Notes: a model not told the origin generated them from the letters alone. A DNA stretch of 64,000 bases from Bacillota bacterium (GCA_017889585.1 JAGFZX010000007.1:20634-84633), one strand, 5' to 3'. Counted from the first letter of the stretch, positions 1 to 9,847 are shown. A program made the numbers and translations.

Positions 1-300
1 GACCCCAAAGGTTATGGACGAGCTTTAGAGGAATATGATGCTCGGTTATCAGAAGTGTTTGCCAAGATGACGAATGACGATTTATTAATCATCACCGCTG
101 ATCATGGAAATGATCCGACTTATCGTGGTACTGATCATACGCGGGAATATGTACCTTTACTCGTTTATTCTCCACGTTTTTCTCAAGGTAAAGAGTTGTC
201 AATCAGGACAACTTTTGCAGATGTTGGTGCTACTATAGCAGAAAATTTTCAAGTGAAGATGCCTGAATACGGTACAAGCTTTTTACAGGACTTGAAATAG
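1..300 (+). CDS. deoB: Phosphopentomutase, C-terminal part (gene starts before the window)
   Basis: Frame open from base 1 ([16 protein letters not shown]...), then [11 protein letters not shown]...[11 protein letters not shown]...[13 protein letters not shown]. Confidence 0.95.
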   Translation, partial: DPKGYGRALEEYDARLSEVFAKMTNDDLLIITADHGNDPTYRGTDHTREYVPLLVYSPRFSQGKELSIRTTFADVGATIAENFQVKMPEYGTSFLQDLK

Positions 301-429
301 TAGGAGAACATGTTTTAATAGGGAGGGATACAGCGATTAATTGGAAAGTATCAAAGAGATGCGCTCTTATGTTGCTCTTAGAAAAGGCAGCAGATTAAAT
401 ATTGATTGGCCTGTTCTTTTGTATTGAGA

Positions 430-471
430 AAACTCCTGTAAAAATTCTGATAAGAATTTTTACAGGAGTTT
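430..471. terminator. Perfect 19-bp inverted repeat downstream of deoB, probable terminator; the right arm carries an AGGA promoter-like box
   Basis: aaactcctgtaaaaattct-gata-agaatttttacaggagttt. Confidence 0.55.
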
Positions 472-595
472 GGTGTTTTTATAGTGAATAATGGGGAACT
501 AACATAACCGCTAAAGAATACGGTCACTTTTCTATGTGGAGATGCATAGCGTATAGCAAGATATTATAACTAAGAATAGAATGAGGTGACATAAA

Positions 596-1396
596 ATGCC
601 TTATATCCCGGTAGGAAAAGGCATCAAGATTTTCGTAGAAGATCTAAATCCCTGTGGCCAGCCCGTATTATTCATTCATGGCTGGCCAGCAAACCACAGG
701 ATGTTTGAATATCAGTTCGACCAGCTTCCAAAATGCGGATTTCGATGTATTGGGATGGATATAAGGGGATTTGGCAAGTCTGATAAACCATGGGAAGGGT
801 ATTCTTACAACTGCTTAGCAGACGATGTGCGCTGCGTTATTGAAGCCCTTGGACTTGATGATATAGCGCTCGTAGGATTCTCGGTGGGGGGAGCCATTGC
901 CACAAGATACATGACCCGTCATTCGAGTTACGGCATATCAAAGCTTGCCCTTGTATCTGCTGCTGTTCCGAAATTTACGCAAGGACCAGATTATCCTTAC
1001 GGTCTTCCTATCTCGGCGGTTAACGATATTATCAGTCAAACATATACCGACCGTCCTAAAATGATAAGCGATTTAAAATTTTTCGCAAGTAATATTAGTC
1101 CAGAGCTTAGGAACTGGTTCAATTCACTAGGTTTAGAAGCAGCTGGTCACGCGACTGCTAGAGTAATGATGTCATTGCGCGATGGAGATTTAAGAAAAGA
1201 TATACAGCAAATTTGTGTTCCTACAGCTATATTTCACGGCATCCAAGATAAAATAGTTTCTTTTCCAAATGCTGAAGTGACGCATCGGTGTATTAGAGAT
1301 TCTGTGTTAATACCTTTTGAATTCAGCGGGCACGGGCTGGTTATTGATGAAATTGACAAATTTAATGATTATCTTATTCAGTTCTTGAGTACGTAA
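596..1396 (+). CDS. Alpha/beta hydrolase (non-heme haloperoxidase/arylesterase-like)
   Basis: HGWP, DIRGFGKSDKP, nucleophile elbow GFSVGG, HGIQD, catalytic SGH; RBS gaggtg. Confidence 0.9.
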   Translation: MPYIPVGKGIKIFVEDLNPCGQPVLFIHGWPANHRMFEYQFDQLPKCGFRCIGMDIRGFGKSDKPWEGYSYNCLADDVRCVIEALGLDDIALVGFSVGGAIATRYMTRHSSYGISKLALVSAAVPKFTQGPDYPYGLPISAVNDIISQTYTDRPKMISDLKFFASNISPELRNWFNSLGLEAAGHATARVMMSLRDGDLRKDIQQICVPTAIFHGIQDKIVSFPNAEVTHRCIRDSVLIPFEFSGHGLVIDEIDKFNDYLIQFLST

Positions 1397-1543
1397 TACT
1401 CCAATGATCTTAAAGCTATAATGAAATACAACATCAGCAAAGGTTCCTCTGAGTTTGTTCTCGCTGGGACCTTTTGCGTTCCACGCGCTGACATGTATCA
1501 TGGCATGTTCTATCAGATATTAAGGAACACAGGTGAGAGTATA

Positions 1544-1963
1544 TCATACATCTATTGAAAAGATATTTATGTCACTTCTCTTATGAAATCCGATGTGATC
1601 CCAAAAATTTGCTCCCTGTTGATTATTCGTTAAAACAAACAAATGACATTTGTGTATAGCTTCTTGCCGAAGTTTGATTAGACAGTGTTCAACTAGTCTT
1701 GTTCCAAGTTTATTTCCTCGATATAGAGCATTCACTGCCAAGTGATGAAGATATCCTCTTCGCCCATCATGGCCGCAAAGAATGGCACCAATAATCATTT
1801 TGTCGTCTTCTGCAACAAAACTCATTCCACGATTCCGGTTTAAAAATTTATCTATTTCCTCTTTGCCGTCCGCATCACTTAGTGTTACACCTTCAACACT
1901 CATCCAAAGTTTCATAATCTCTTCGTAATCATCAATATTCATTTCCCGAATTAAAATATTCAA
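1544..1963 (-). CDS. GNAT N-acetyltransferase (YpeA-like)
   Basis: CGHDGRRGYLHHLAV..YRGNKLG; NxxGANFWDHIGF. Confidence 0.9.
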   Translation of the reverse strand: MNILIREMNIDDYEEIMKLWMSVEGVTLSDADGKEEIDKFLNRNRGMSFVAEDDKMIIGAILCGHDGRRGYLHHLAVNALYRGNKLGTRLVEHCLIKLRQEAIHKCHLFVLTNNQQGANFWDHIGFHKRSDINIFSIDV

Positions 1964-2153
1964 TATTTCGTCTCCCTTCGGTTCTAGAAATAGATATTTG
2001 TTTCTCGATCTTTCTACGTTATTTCGACTGCTTCTCCATTGATCCTGCTAATGAAAAAATTATAAATTATTGATCATCGGCTAGACAAATATTACTATTA
2101 GAATTCAATCTTTGTTAGTGATAAAGTATAATTAAGGTGGTGATAACATAACA

Positions 2154-2228
2154 ATGAATAAACTCTCATTATTTTCTTTAGCAATTATCGTTGCAACAGT
2201 CGCTGGCAAGTGTATTATCTACTTTTAA
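2154..2228 (+). CDS. Putative 24-aa hydrophobic small peptide MNKLSLFSLAIIVATVAGKCIIYF
   Basis: RBS aaggtggtga 10 nt before ATG; hairpin gccctaacc/ggttagggtc downstream; below the ORF-track cutoff. Confidence 0.45.
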   Translation: MNKLSLFSLAIIVATVAGKCIIYF

Positions 2229-2298
2229 TCCGCCTATAGGGCCCTAACCATTAGACAAGAAGGTTAGGGTCTTCGCCATTTATAATGGTTAAAGACTA

Positions 2299-2346
2299 TT
2301 GACATGGACGTTATAATAAGTTGAAATCACTTCGAAAGTTATCGAA
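2299..2346 (+). promoter_or_regulatory. TTGACA -35 box and a possible ArsR autoregulatory operator
   Basis: TTGACA at 2299; inverted repeat TTCGA-aagtta-TCGAA at 2331-2346 just upstream of the ArsR gene. Confidence 0.4.
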
Positions 2347-2376
2347 ATATAATATGATTCACTAGGAGTTGCTAGA

Positions 2377-2679
2377 ATGGATACAAAAAAAATGGCAAAG
2401 ATATTTAAAGCTCTTTCGAATGAGAATCGATTAGAATTATATCTAAAAATTGCTGAGGCTCACGAAGCCAGTTTTGAAACTGGTGGGGAATGTTGTGTTG
2501 CAGATATCATTGCTTGTTTGAATATTGGTGCACCAACCATTTCACATCATATTAAAGAATTAGTGAATGCAGATTTGATTACCACTGAAAAAAGGGGAAA
2601 GTTCTTAATATGTAGAGTAAATGAGCAACTAGTTACTGAGATAAGCAAGATGTTAGCCCTGCAATATCCGCTTAAATAA
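2377..2679 (+). CDS. ArsR/SmtB family transcriptional regulator
   Basis: FKALSNENRL, CCV, GAPTISHHIKELVNADLI..EKRGK winged HTH. Confidence 0.93.
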   Translation: MDTKKMAKIFKALSNENRLELYLKIAEAHEASFETGGECCVADIIACLNIGAPTISHHIKELVNADLITTEKRGKFLICRVNEQLVTEISKMLALQYPLK

Positions 2680-2805
2680 TCTATTTCTAATCTCTATAGC
2701 GCTTTAAGCTATGAGGACAATATTATTTAAAAATTTTTACCATACGATTCGATTGTTGTAAAACTGTCGTAAAGACCAAGCCAACTATTCAAACTAAAAG
2801 GAGAG

Positions 2806-3606
2806 ATGAAAATGAAAACCTTTTATTTTACAGCTACAGGAAACAGTTTGTATGTTGCAGAAAGAATTGGAGGAGAGCTATACTCAATTCCTCAGATGCT
2901 AAAGGAAGGAAAGAGTGAATTTATAGATGAGGCGATCGGTTTTGTATTTCCCTGTTATGCATTCGGACTCCCAAGAATCGTAATAGATTTTATACAAAAA
3001 TCGAATTTTAAGGCCCAATACTTCTTTGCAATTATGACTTATGGCAATATGTCAGCGTCTGGTTTGAGACACATGGAGAAAGTCGGGAGGGAAGCGGGCA
3101 TTCAGTTTGACTATACAAATGAAATACTAATGATTGATAATTATCTGCCGTTGTTTGCGATAGAAGACCAGCTTAAAAAGGAGAATTCTAAAAAAATTGA
3201 GGAAAAGCTAGGTCAAATAGTAGGTGATATTAAAGTCAAGCAAAAAAAACTCATAAGAAAAGGAATTGTATCTAGTGTTTTCTCCGAACCTATCCATAAG
3301 CTTGCCACTAAATTTCAATATGATAACGGTGATAAGTGGTTTCTTGTTCAAGACAAATGTAACAGTTGCAAAATATGTGAGAAGGTTTGTCCAATAAATA
3401 ATATTAAAGTTGGAAGAGAACCTGAGTTTCTGCATAAATGTGAAGGATGTTATGCATGCATACACCATTGCCCGCAGAATGCAATACACTTGAAATTTGA
3501 GAGAAGCAAAGCTAGATTCATTAATCGGAATGTAAATTTAAAAGGAATTATTGATGCGAATAATCAGACCAAGTCTTATGTTGAAATATATGGTAAGGAA
3601 AGGTAA
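2806..3606 (+). CDS. EFR1-family flavodoxin/2x[4Fe-4S] ferredoxin fusion
   Basis: N-terminal YFTATGNS flavodoxin loop; CNSCKICEKVCP and CEGCYACIHHCP. Confidence 0.9.
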   Translation: MKMKTFYFTATGNSLYVAERIGGELYSIPQMLKEGKSEFIDEAIGFVFPCYAFGLPRIVIDFIQKSNFKAQYFFAIMTYGNMSASGLRHMEKVGREAGIQFDYTNEILMIDNYLPLFAIEDQLKKENSKKIEEKLGQIVGDIKVKQKKLIRKGIVSSVFSEPIHKLATKFQYDNGDKWFLVQDKCNSCKICEKVCPINNIKVGREPEFLHKCEGCYACIHHCPQNAIHLKFERSKARFINRNVNLKGIIDANNQTKSYVEIYGKER

Positions 3607-3612
3607 TAACTT

Positions 3613-4707
3613 ATGAAAGTTATCGTTAGTATTCTTGTTGCAATTATCCTGATTGGTTATCTGTTTTTGGAATATTATCCAGCTTTTGGTAGAAAACCAT
3701 CTAAGGAGAAAATCCAGACATTTAACCAATCGCCAAACTTCATTACAAATAAATTCATTAATCAGATTCCGACATCAATGGATATGGATGCAAGAACCGT
3801 GATTAGCATATTGGGAGATTTTATAAAAGGAAAACCCAAAATAAGGCCCGAGAGGTTAATTCCTGTACAGCCTTTAGATATTGTCGACATACAGGATGCT
3901 AGGCAAACAAAAGTTACATGGTTTGGTCACTCGACTATATTGCTGGAGATGGAAGGAAAGAGATTATTATTAGATCCTATGTTTGCCAAAATGCCTTCCC
4001 CCTTCCCTTTATTTGGAGGGAAACGCTATAGCGAAACATTACCGATTGAAATAGAAAATCTGCCATCCATTGATGCCGTTATTATATCTCACGATCATTA
4101 TGACCATTTGGATTATCATTCCATCATGAAACTGAAAGACAAGGTCAGTCAGTTCTATGTTCCCCTTGGCGTTGGGGGCCATTTAGAGAGATGGGGTGTG
4201 GATCAAGAGAAGATAAAAGAGCATGACTGGTGGGATGAATCCCAATTAGGTGGACTGCAATTAGTCGCTACGCCAACCAGACATTTTTCGGGAAGAGGGT
4301 TGTTTGATCGTAACGCAACCTTGTGGTGTTCATGGGTGATTATAGGTGAGCATGCAAAAGTTTATTTCAGCGGAGATGGTGGTTATGGACCACACTTTAA
4401 AGAAATTGGTGAGAAGTACGGACCCTTTGATTTAACGTTAATGGAGTGTGGTCAATATGACGAACGCTGGTCTGCCATTCATATGATGCCAGAAGAAACG
4501 ATACAAGCCCATCTCGATTTGAAGGGGAAAATCATAATCCCCATACATTGGTCGGCTTTCTCTCTGGCCCTTCATGATTGGACAGATCCCATCGAACGTG
4601 TAACGAAAGCAGCAAAAGAAGGTCATATAGATATTTCTACACCGAAAATTGGGGAAACTATCATAATTGGTGCTAACCGATATCCTAGCTCCATTTGGTG
4701 GAGATAA
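3613..4707 (+). CDS. MBL-fold metallo-hydrolase (NAPE-PLD/RomA-like) with N-terminal membrane anchor
   Basis: WFGHST, ISHDHYDHLD, RHFSGRG, FSGDGGYG, PIHW. Confidence 0.9.
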   Translation: MKVIVSILVAIILIGYLFLEYYPAFGRKPSKEKIQTFNQSPNFITNKFINQIPTSMDMDARTVISILGDFIKGKPKIRPERLIPVQPLDIVDIQDARQTKVTWFGHSTILLEMEGKRLLLDPMFAKMPSPFPLFGGKRYSETLPIEIENLPSIDAVIISHDHYDHLDYHSIMKLKDKVSQFYVPLGVGGHLERWGVDQEKIKEHDWWDESQLGGLQLVATPTRHFSGRGLFDRNATLWCSWVIIGEHAKVYFSGDGGYGPHFKEIGEKYGPFDLTLMECGQYDERWSAIHMMPEETIQAHLDLKGKIIIPIHWSAFSLALHDWTDPIERVTKAAKEGHIDISTPKIGETIIIGANRYPSSIWWR

Positions 4708-4733
4708 AAAGCAGAGATTTATTGATACTAATA

Positions 4734-4791
4734 GGGCGCCTCATGTGTTTTGTGTATCGGTGTAAGTCCGATACAGGGATTGATAGTGCCA
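4734..4791 (+). mobile_element. Probable 5' remnant (start of domain I) of a group II intron
   Basis: GGGCG (cf. the GUGCG 5' consensus), then hairpin tgtatcgg-tgtaagt-ccgataca and gggattgatagtgcca; no RT ORF or domain V. Confidence 0.45.
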
Positions 4792-4909
4792 TATGAGACT
4801 AATGGATGGTGGTCAATAGTCAGATATCTTCTGTTGATGGATTAATTTATATAAAACATGATAAATGTTATAAATTATGGTAGTATTATAATACAAATAA
4901 TAATTAAAA

Positions 4910-6556
4910 ATGATAGGGGGTGGGGTGATGGAGGATATTACAGATAATAAAATGTCAGAAAAGTTATATACTGCTTTATATCGGATTTCGGAAACGGCAG
5001 GATCATCGATTAGTCTTAATGAATTATACCATGCGGTACATGAGATTATTAGTGAATTAATTCCTGCTAAGAATTTTTATTTTGCTCTCTATGATGAGAA
5101 GAGTAATATACTCCATTTTCCCTATCGTGCCGATGAATACGAAGAATATCCAATTGCTAGGCCATTGAGGCCAGGAATGATAGATGAAGTAATAAGAACA
5201 GGAAAACCCTTACTGGCGCATCCGGGAATTTTGGCGAAGATGAGGGCGAATAATATGGCATTACCAACCCGCAAAAAGGTAGCCACCTATTTGCTGGGGG
5301 TGCCACTCAAAGCGTCTGATGGTGGGGTAATGGGAGTCATGGCTGTTAAGGCTTATGATGAAGGAATAATCTATACGGAAAAGCACCGAGATATCTTAAG
5401 TTTCGTCTCAGATCAAGTGACGCGAACGATCGAGCGTAAACGGGCAGCGGAAGAATTACAGAAATACAAGGAGCACCTAGAAGAATTGGTCAAAGAACGC
5501 ACCGATGATCTAGATAAAACCAATGCTAGTCTAAAAGAGGAAATTGCCGAGCGTAAGATGGCGGAAAAATTGCAGATGACCTTATATCGAATCTCAGAAA
5601 CGGTATGGTCGTCCTGCAATTTAGAAGAATTATATCGTTCTGTGCATGAGATTATTGTAGAGTTAATTCCAGCCAAGAATTTTTATATTACTTTATATGA
5701 TGAACAGGAGAATTTACTTCATTTTCCTTATTGCGTTGATGAATATGATAATTATCCGATTAGCCGACCACTACGTAATGGGCTAGTAGAATATGTTATA
5801 AATACAGGTCATCCCGTACTCGTTGATCAGCTTAGATTAATGGAAATGATGGCAAAGGGAGAAATTGAGATGGATGACTCCAAGTTATCCAACGATTGGC
5901 TTGGCGTGCCATTAAAAACAGTTGACAACAGGGTATTTGGGGCTATGGTTTTGAAAAATAGCCCTAATGATATGCGATATAGTGAACAGCATTTTGAAAT
6001 TCTTAACTTTGTATCCAACCAGATTGCATTAGCCATTGAACGAAAAAGGACAGAAGGAAGATTGCGTTTTCTCAGTATGCACGATGTTCTTACAGGGTTA
6101 TACAACCGTGCTTATTTTGAAGAGGAATTAAATCGTCTCAAGGATGGTCGTTATATGCCATGCTCACTGATTATTTGTGATGTTGACAAATTGAAAGTGG
6201 TTAACGATACACTAGGTCATGCCGTTGGTGATCAGCTGTTGATTGCTGCTGCACGAATTATCAAATCTTCAGCACGGGATTGCGATGTAGTTGCTCGTAT
6301 TGGTGGCGACGAATTTGCCATTGTTTTACCATGGGCAGATGAGCAGGCTGCCTACCAAGTAACTGGGCGAATTCGTCAGCAAATAGTGGAGTATAATCAG
6401 AACGCAACAGAATTTTTTGTGAATATTTCCATTGGATATGCGGTACAAAATGACAATGCTATTTCCGTGCAAGGTTTGTATAAAGAAGCCGATAATAATA
6501 TGTATCAGGAAAAAATGCAACATTCACAGAGTACTCGCAGTAGTAGAAGAAACTGA
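4910..6556 (+). CDS. Diguanylate cyclase with two GAF domains (start may be 4928)
   Basis: Two homologous GAF repeats (LYRISE...IPAKNFY..LYDE...LHFPY), a coiled-coil linker, HDVLTGLYNR and RIGGDEF. Confidence 0.93.
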   Translation: MIGGGVMEDITDNKMSEKLYTALYRISETAGSSISLNELYHAVHEIISELIPAKNFYFALYDEKSNILHFPYRADEYEEYPIARPLRPGMIDEVIRTGKPLLAHPGILAKMRANNMALPTRKKVATYLLGVPLKASDGGVMGVMAVKAYDEGIIYTEKHRDILSFVSDQVTRTIERKRAAEELQKYKEHLEELVKERTDDLDKTNASLKEEIAERKMAEKLQMTLYRISETVWSSCNLEELYRSVHEIIVELIPAKNFYITLYDEQENLLHFPYCVDEYDNYPISRPLRNGLVEYVINTGHPVLVDQLRLMEMMAKGEIEMDDSKLSNDWLGVPLKTVDNRVFGAMVLKNSPNDMRYSEQHFEILNFVSNQIALAIERKRTEGRLRFLSMHDVLTGLYNRAYFEEELNRLKDGRYMPCSLIICDVDKLKVVNDTLGHAVGDQLLIAAARIIKSSARDCDVVARIGGDEFAIVLPWADEQAAYQVTGRIRQQIVEYNQNATEFFVNISIGYAVQNDNAISVQGLYKEADNNMYQEKMQHSQSTRSSRRN

Positions 6557-6572
6557 ATAGTAGTTAATAATC

Positions 6573-6600
6573 CATAAAAGCACGCCATCTGGCGTGCTTT
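6573..6600 (+). terminator. Hairpin terminator; 28 nt identical to 9858-9885
   Basis: cataaaagcacgccatctggcgtgcttt. Confidence 0.7.
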
Positions 6601-6678
6601 AAAAACATTAGGATTAATAAAGAAAAGCCGTACAACGGCAAAGCAACATTGAACTAAAAAGATACTGGATGTGATATT

Positions 6679-8007
6679 GTGAAACGATTGCTGGTAGTGG
6701 TATGTAGTATAATGATACTGATGATACCGAAATTCTGTTATGCAGAAGTTATGGAAGATTATGAAGATGCACATAAGATTTATATAGCAGTTGGGGCCAG
6801 TGTGGCTGCGTATAATGATAGGATTGGTGAATTGGCCAAGGGGTATCTGGAACGGGACGGATGGGAAATAGACCGCTATGTTCAACAACAGGGCCATGCT
6901 GGTGCTCGCTTTCTTTTGGCGAAAAAAGACTCTGGTGAGGGGAAGCAGATCTATGTGTTGGCGTTTGTAGGAACAGAAACATCTGAAGATATAAATTTTG
7001 ATTTAAAAGTAAGCAAGGTTTATTTTACTGGCAACAGTATAGAGGAATTCGTAACTAATGCCACAAAAAAAGGAGTGCCGGACACCGAGCCAAAAGTTCA
7101 CAGGGGATTCAGCGAGTTTTTACAATCGGGGCTGACGGCTAAAACTCTTGGTGTTGATGGTACTCCCCTCTTACTCACTGACATACTTTTAGCCAATAAA
7201 GACTGTAAACTCTATCTCGTCGGACATAGTTTAGGAGGTGCCGCTGCGACGTTGGCCGGAGCTGGACTTATTAACATGGGGGTACAACCAGAGCAAGTTG
7301 AAGTGATTACCTTTGGTGCTCCAGCTGTGGGAAACCTAGCTTTTGCTGCTAAATTTGATCCGATTCTCAAACTGACACGTATTGTCATTTCTGGTGATCC
7401 GGTAACAGGTGTTTTTCAAACTTTAGTTGGAGGCTATAAACAATTTGGTAAGGAAATACGTTGGACGATTCGGGAGAGGGGGGATCAACATCATAGAATA
7501 ACTGAATATGTGGATTTAGCCTTGAAAAATTATTATGACAAATATCAGCAAGCCCTACAAGCCGGAATTCAGTTATCTAGCTCAGTATCTATTAATCATG
7601 AAAGCGGGCGACAGGTTTATATTGCTCCATTTAAAAATAACCTTCCAGAAGATTTGGCTAGTGAATTTTGGTATATGCGCGAGGCGTTGTGGGATGAATA
7701 TCGACAAAGATTACCTGGTTGTAATCTAGCAAAAGAAAGTGATAGGGATGATTGGCGGAAAACGGCTGTTTCCTCTGGATATCGATGGGTGGTTGTTCCT
7801 GAGGTGAGTGTAACTCAATTAAGACAGGAACAGAACATATATCATATTACCTTTAGCCAAACTGTCTATGAAGTCGCTACAGGTGCCATTGTTGCAACAG
7901 CTAGCTTTTCAACAGGGACGTACAACTTAACTCCCTTGGAAGCTTTTATCCATGATTTGAAAGGGATTAACAATAATCAAGGAAATTGGATTTCGAGAGT
8001 GAAATAA
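6679..8007 (+). CDS. Secreted class 3 lipase-family protein with an extra C-terminal domain
   Basis: Signal peptide; VHRGF, VGHSLGGA, ITFGAPAVGN, DPV. Confidence 0.88.
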   Translation: MKRLLVVVCSIMILMIPKFCYAEVMEDYEDAHKIYIAVGASVAAYNDRIGELAKGYLERDGWEIDRYVQQQGHAGARFLLAKKDSGEGKQIYVLAFVGTETSEDINFDLKVSKVYFTGNSIEEFVTNATKKGVPDTEPKVHRGFSEFLQSGLTAKTLGVDGTPLLLTDILLANKDCKLYLVGHSLGGAAATLAGAGLINMGVQPEQVEVITFGAPAVGNLAFAAKFDPILKLTRIVISGDPVTGVFQTLVGGYKQFGKEIRWTIRERGDQHHRITEYVDLALKNYYDKYQQALQAGIQLSSSVSINHESGRQVYIAPFKNNLPEDLASEFWYMREALWDEYRQRLPGCNLAKESDRDDWRKTAVSSGYRWVVVPEVSVTQLRQEQNIYHITFSQTVYEVATGAIVATASFSTGTYNLTPLEAFIHDLKGINNNQGNWISRVK

Positions 8008-8247
8008 TGGATGTGAATAACTGTTAATGCATGAAGTCTGATTAACGTTGTTTCAGTTACTTTGGTCATTTTCTTACCATCACTTTCAACTGCTAATCTT
8101 ACTTTATTTTCAGCTAAGCAAATTATTCTTAATAAATAAATCCATAAAGAGGAATATTGTGGAAACGTAGCGAAATGTGTATTGATGATTGATACTGAAA
8201 TTTTTGCTTTCGCGTGGATTTGATACGATTATACGAGGAGCAATTTT

Positions 8248-9846
8248 ATGAGAAACAACAGTTTACTGACTCAATTAACAGCGATAATTGTTGCCGTCGT
8301 ACTGCTGTCTCTAGGTATATTAGGAAGTTTAAACTATTGGAAAGCGCGGCAGTTACTGTTTGCTAGCGTTGAGGAGCGAACCGTTGATTTGGCGGTTAAT
8401 TATGCAGAGCAGGTGGGACTATGGATAAGCGATCATAAATCAGAAGTAACAATGTTGGCTCATTCTACACCTATTACCAGTGGCAACATTGAAGTGATTA
8501 TTCCTTTTTTGAAAGCTGTCCATCAAGCCAGTAAAGACTATCTATCCATTACATTTATTCAACCAGATGGTACTTTCTATGATTCTTCTGGATTTACAGG
8601 TAACGTTTCATATAGAGAATACTTTCAACGAGCCATTAAAGGGGAGACAGTCATAACAGATCCGTTAATATCTGTAACTGTAGGGGTACCATTTGTTGCC
8701 ATTGTAATGCCTGTCGAAGTCAATGGCAAAATAATCGGTTGTTTCTCGGGGGTAGTTAATTTAGAAAGTATTAGTGAGCGAGTATTAGCGATCAAGGCGG
8801 GGGAAACTGGCTATGCTTACGTTCTTCAAAGAAATGGACTTATGATTATTCATCCTAATAAAGAATTAATTTTCAAAAATAATCCTCTTACAGATAATAA
8901 TGCGCCGCAAGGTTTAAAGGAATTTATTCATACAATGACAAAAGGTGAACGAGGAATTTGTAGCTATACATATGAAGGGGTCGACAATTTAACCGCTTGT
9001 GCACCTATACCAGGGGTTAATTGGTCGCTAGCCGTCACAGTTCCAACAGCGGAAGTTACTGGGCGATTGAAGCAATTAACGACGATTTCGTTAGTGACTA
9101 CTCTCGGCGTTTTAATTCTGGCAGTATTCGCGGTTATAATTTTCGCGCGCCGAATCTCCAGGCCGATAAAAGACCTAGAGGTTGCAGCTAATCGAGTTGC
9201 TAGTGGAAACCTTACAGCAATGAATCTTGAAATTACGTCTGATGATGAGGTGGGACGCCTAGGGAAAGCTTTTGAGAAGATGATCAGAGAGCTGGAAGTT
9301 AGTTATAAATTGATCAAAGAATCGGAAGAACATGCTAAAAGTATTGCTTTATACGATAATTTAACAGGACTATGTAATCGAGCAATGTTTAGCGATCGTC
9401 TCAATCATTGTTTAAAGCAAGCTAGTTGCAGTGAGCAACTGGTAGCTTTATTATTTTTAGATTTGGATGGTTTCAAAGCTATTAATGATTTATATGGTCA
9501 TTCCCAAGGGGATCTTGTGCTAAAAGAAGTTGCTGCTCGCTTGACCTTAGTCGCAAGAAAGACCGATACGGTTTGTAGACTTGGTGGGGATGAATATACA
9601 ATCATTGTTCCGGACATAAAAACTAAGAGCAATGTCGAAATAATAGTAAAAAGAATAGTCGGATCCTTTGTGCCCAAATTTGATGTGGCTGGTAAAAAGG
9701 TTTCTTTGAGTGTGAGTATTGGGATTAGTATTTTTCCTTTTGACGGAGAAGATTTGGATACTTTGTTATGGCATGCTGATGATGCCATGTATGATGTAAA
9801 AGCTTCTGGCAAAAATGGTTATAAATTTTTTGAACAGGATTGTTAA
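8248..9846 (+). CDS. Membrane diguanylate cyclase (TM-dCache-TM-HAMP-GGDEF)
   Basis: YREYFQRA..GETVITDP dCache, DEVGRLGKAFEKM HAMP, YDNLTGLCNR, DLDGFKAIND, RLGGDEY. Confidence 0.92.
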   Translation: MRNNSLLTQLTAIIVAVVLLSLGILGSLNYWKARQLLFASVEERTVDLAVNYAEQVGLWISDHKSEVTMLAHSTPITSGNIEVIIPFLKAVHQASKDYLSITFIQPDGTFYDSSGFTGNVSYREYFQRAIKGETVITDPLISVTVGVPFVAIVMPVEVNGKIIGCFSGVVNLESISERVLAIKAGETGYAYVLQRNGLMIIHPNKELIFKNNPLTDNNAPQGLKEFIHTMTKGERGICSYTYEGVDNLTACAPIPGVNWSLAVTVPTAEVTGRLKQLTTISLVTTLGVLILAVFAVIIFARRISRPIKDLEVAANRVASGNLTAMNLEITSDDEVGRLGKAFEKMIRELEVSYKLIKESEEHAKSIALYDNLTGLCNRAMFSDRLNHCLKQASCSEQLVALLFLDLDGFKAINDLYGHSQGDLVLKEVAARLTLVARKTDTVCRLGGDEYTIIVPDIKTKSNVEIIVKRIVGSFVPKFDVAGKKVSLSVSIGISIFPFDGEDLDTLLWHADDAMYDVKASGKNGYKFFEQDC

Positions 9847-9847
9847 A

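Noticed and set aside
341-427. TTG-start mini-ORF after deoB (LESIKEMRSYV...) as a nucleoside phosphorylase remnant
   Set aside because: Resemblance is limited to a few residues and cannot be supported
4750-4780. cggtgtaagtccg as part of a cobalamin riboswitch
   Set aside because: No upstream AGGGAA and no GCCACTG or B12 box
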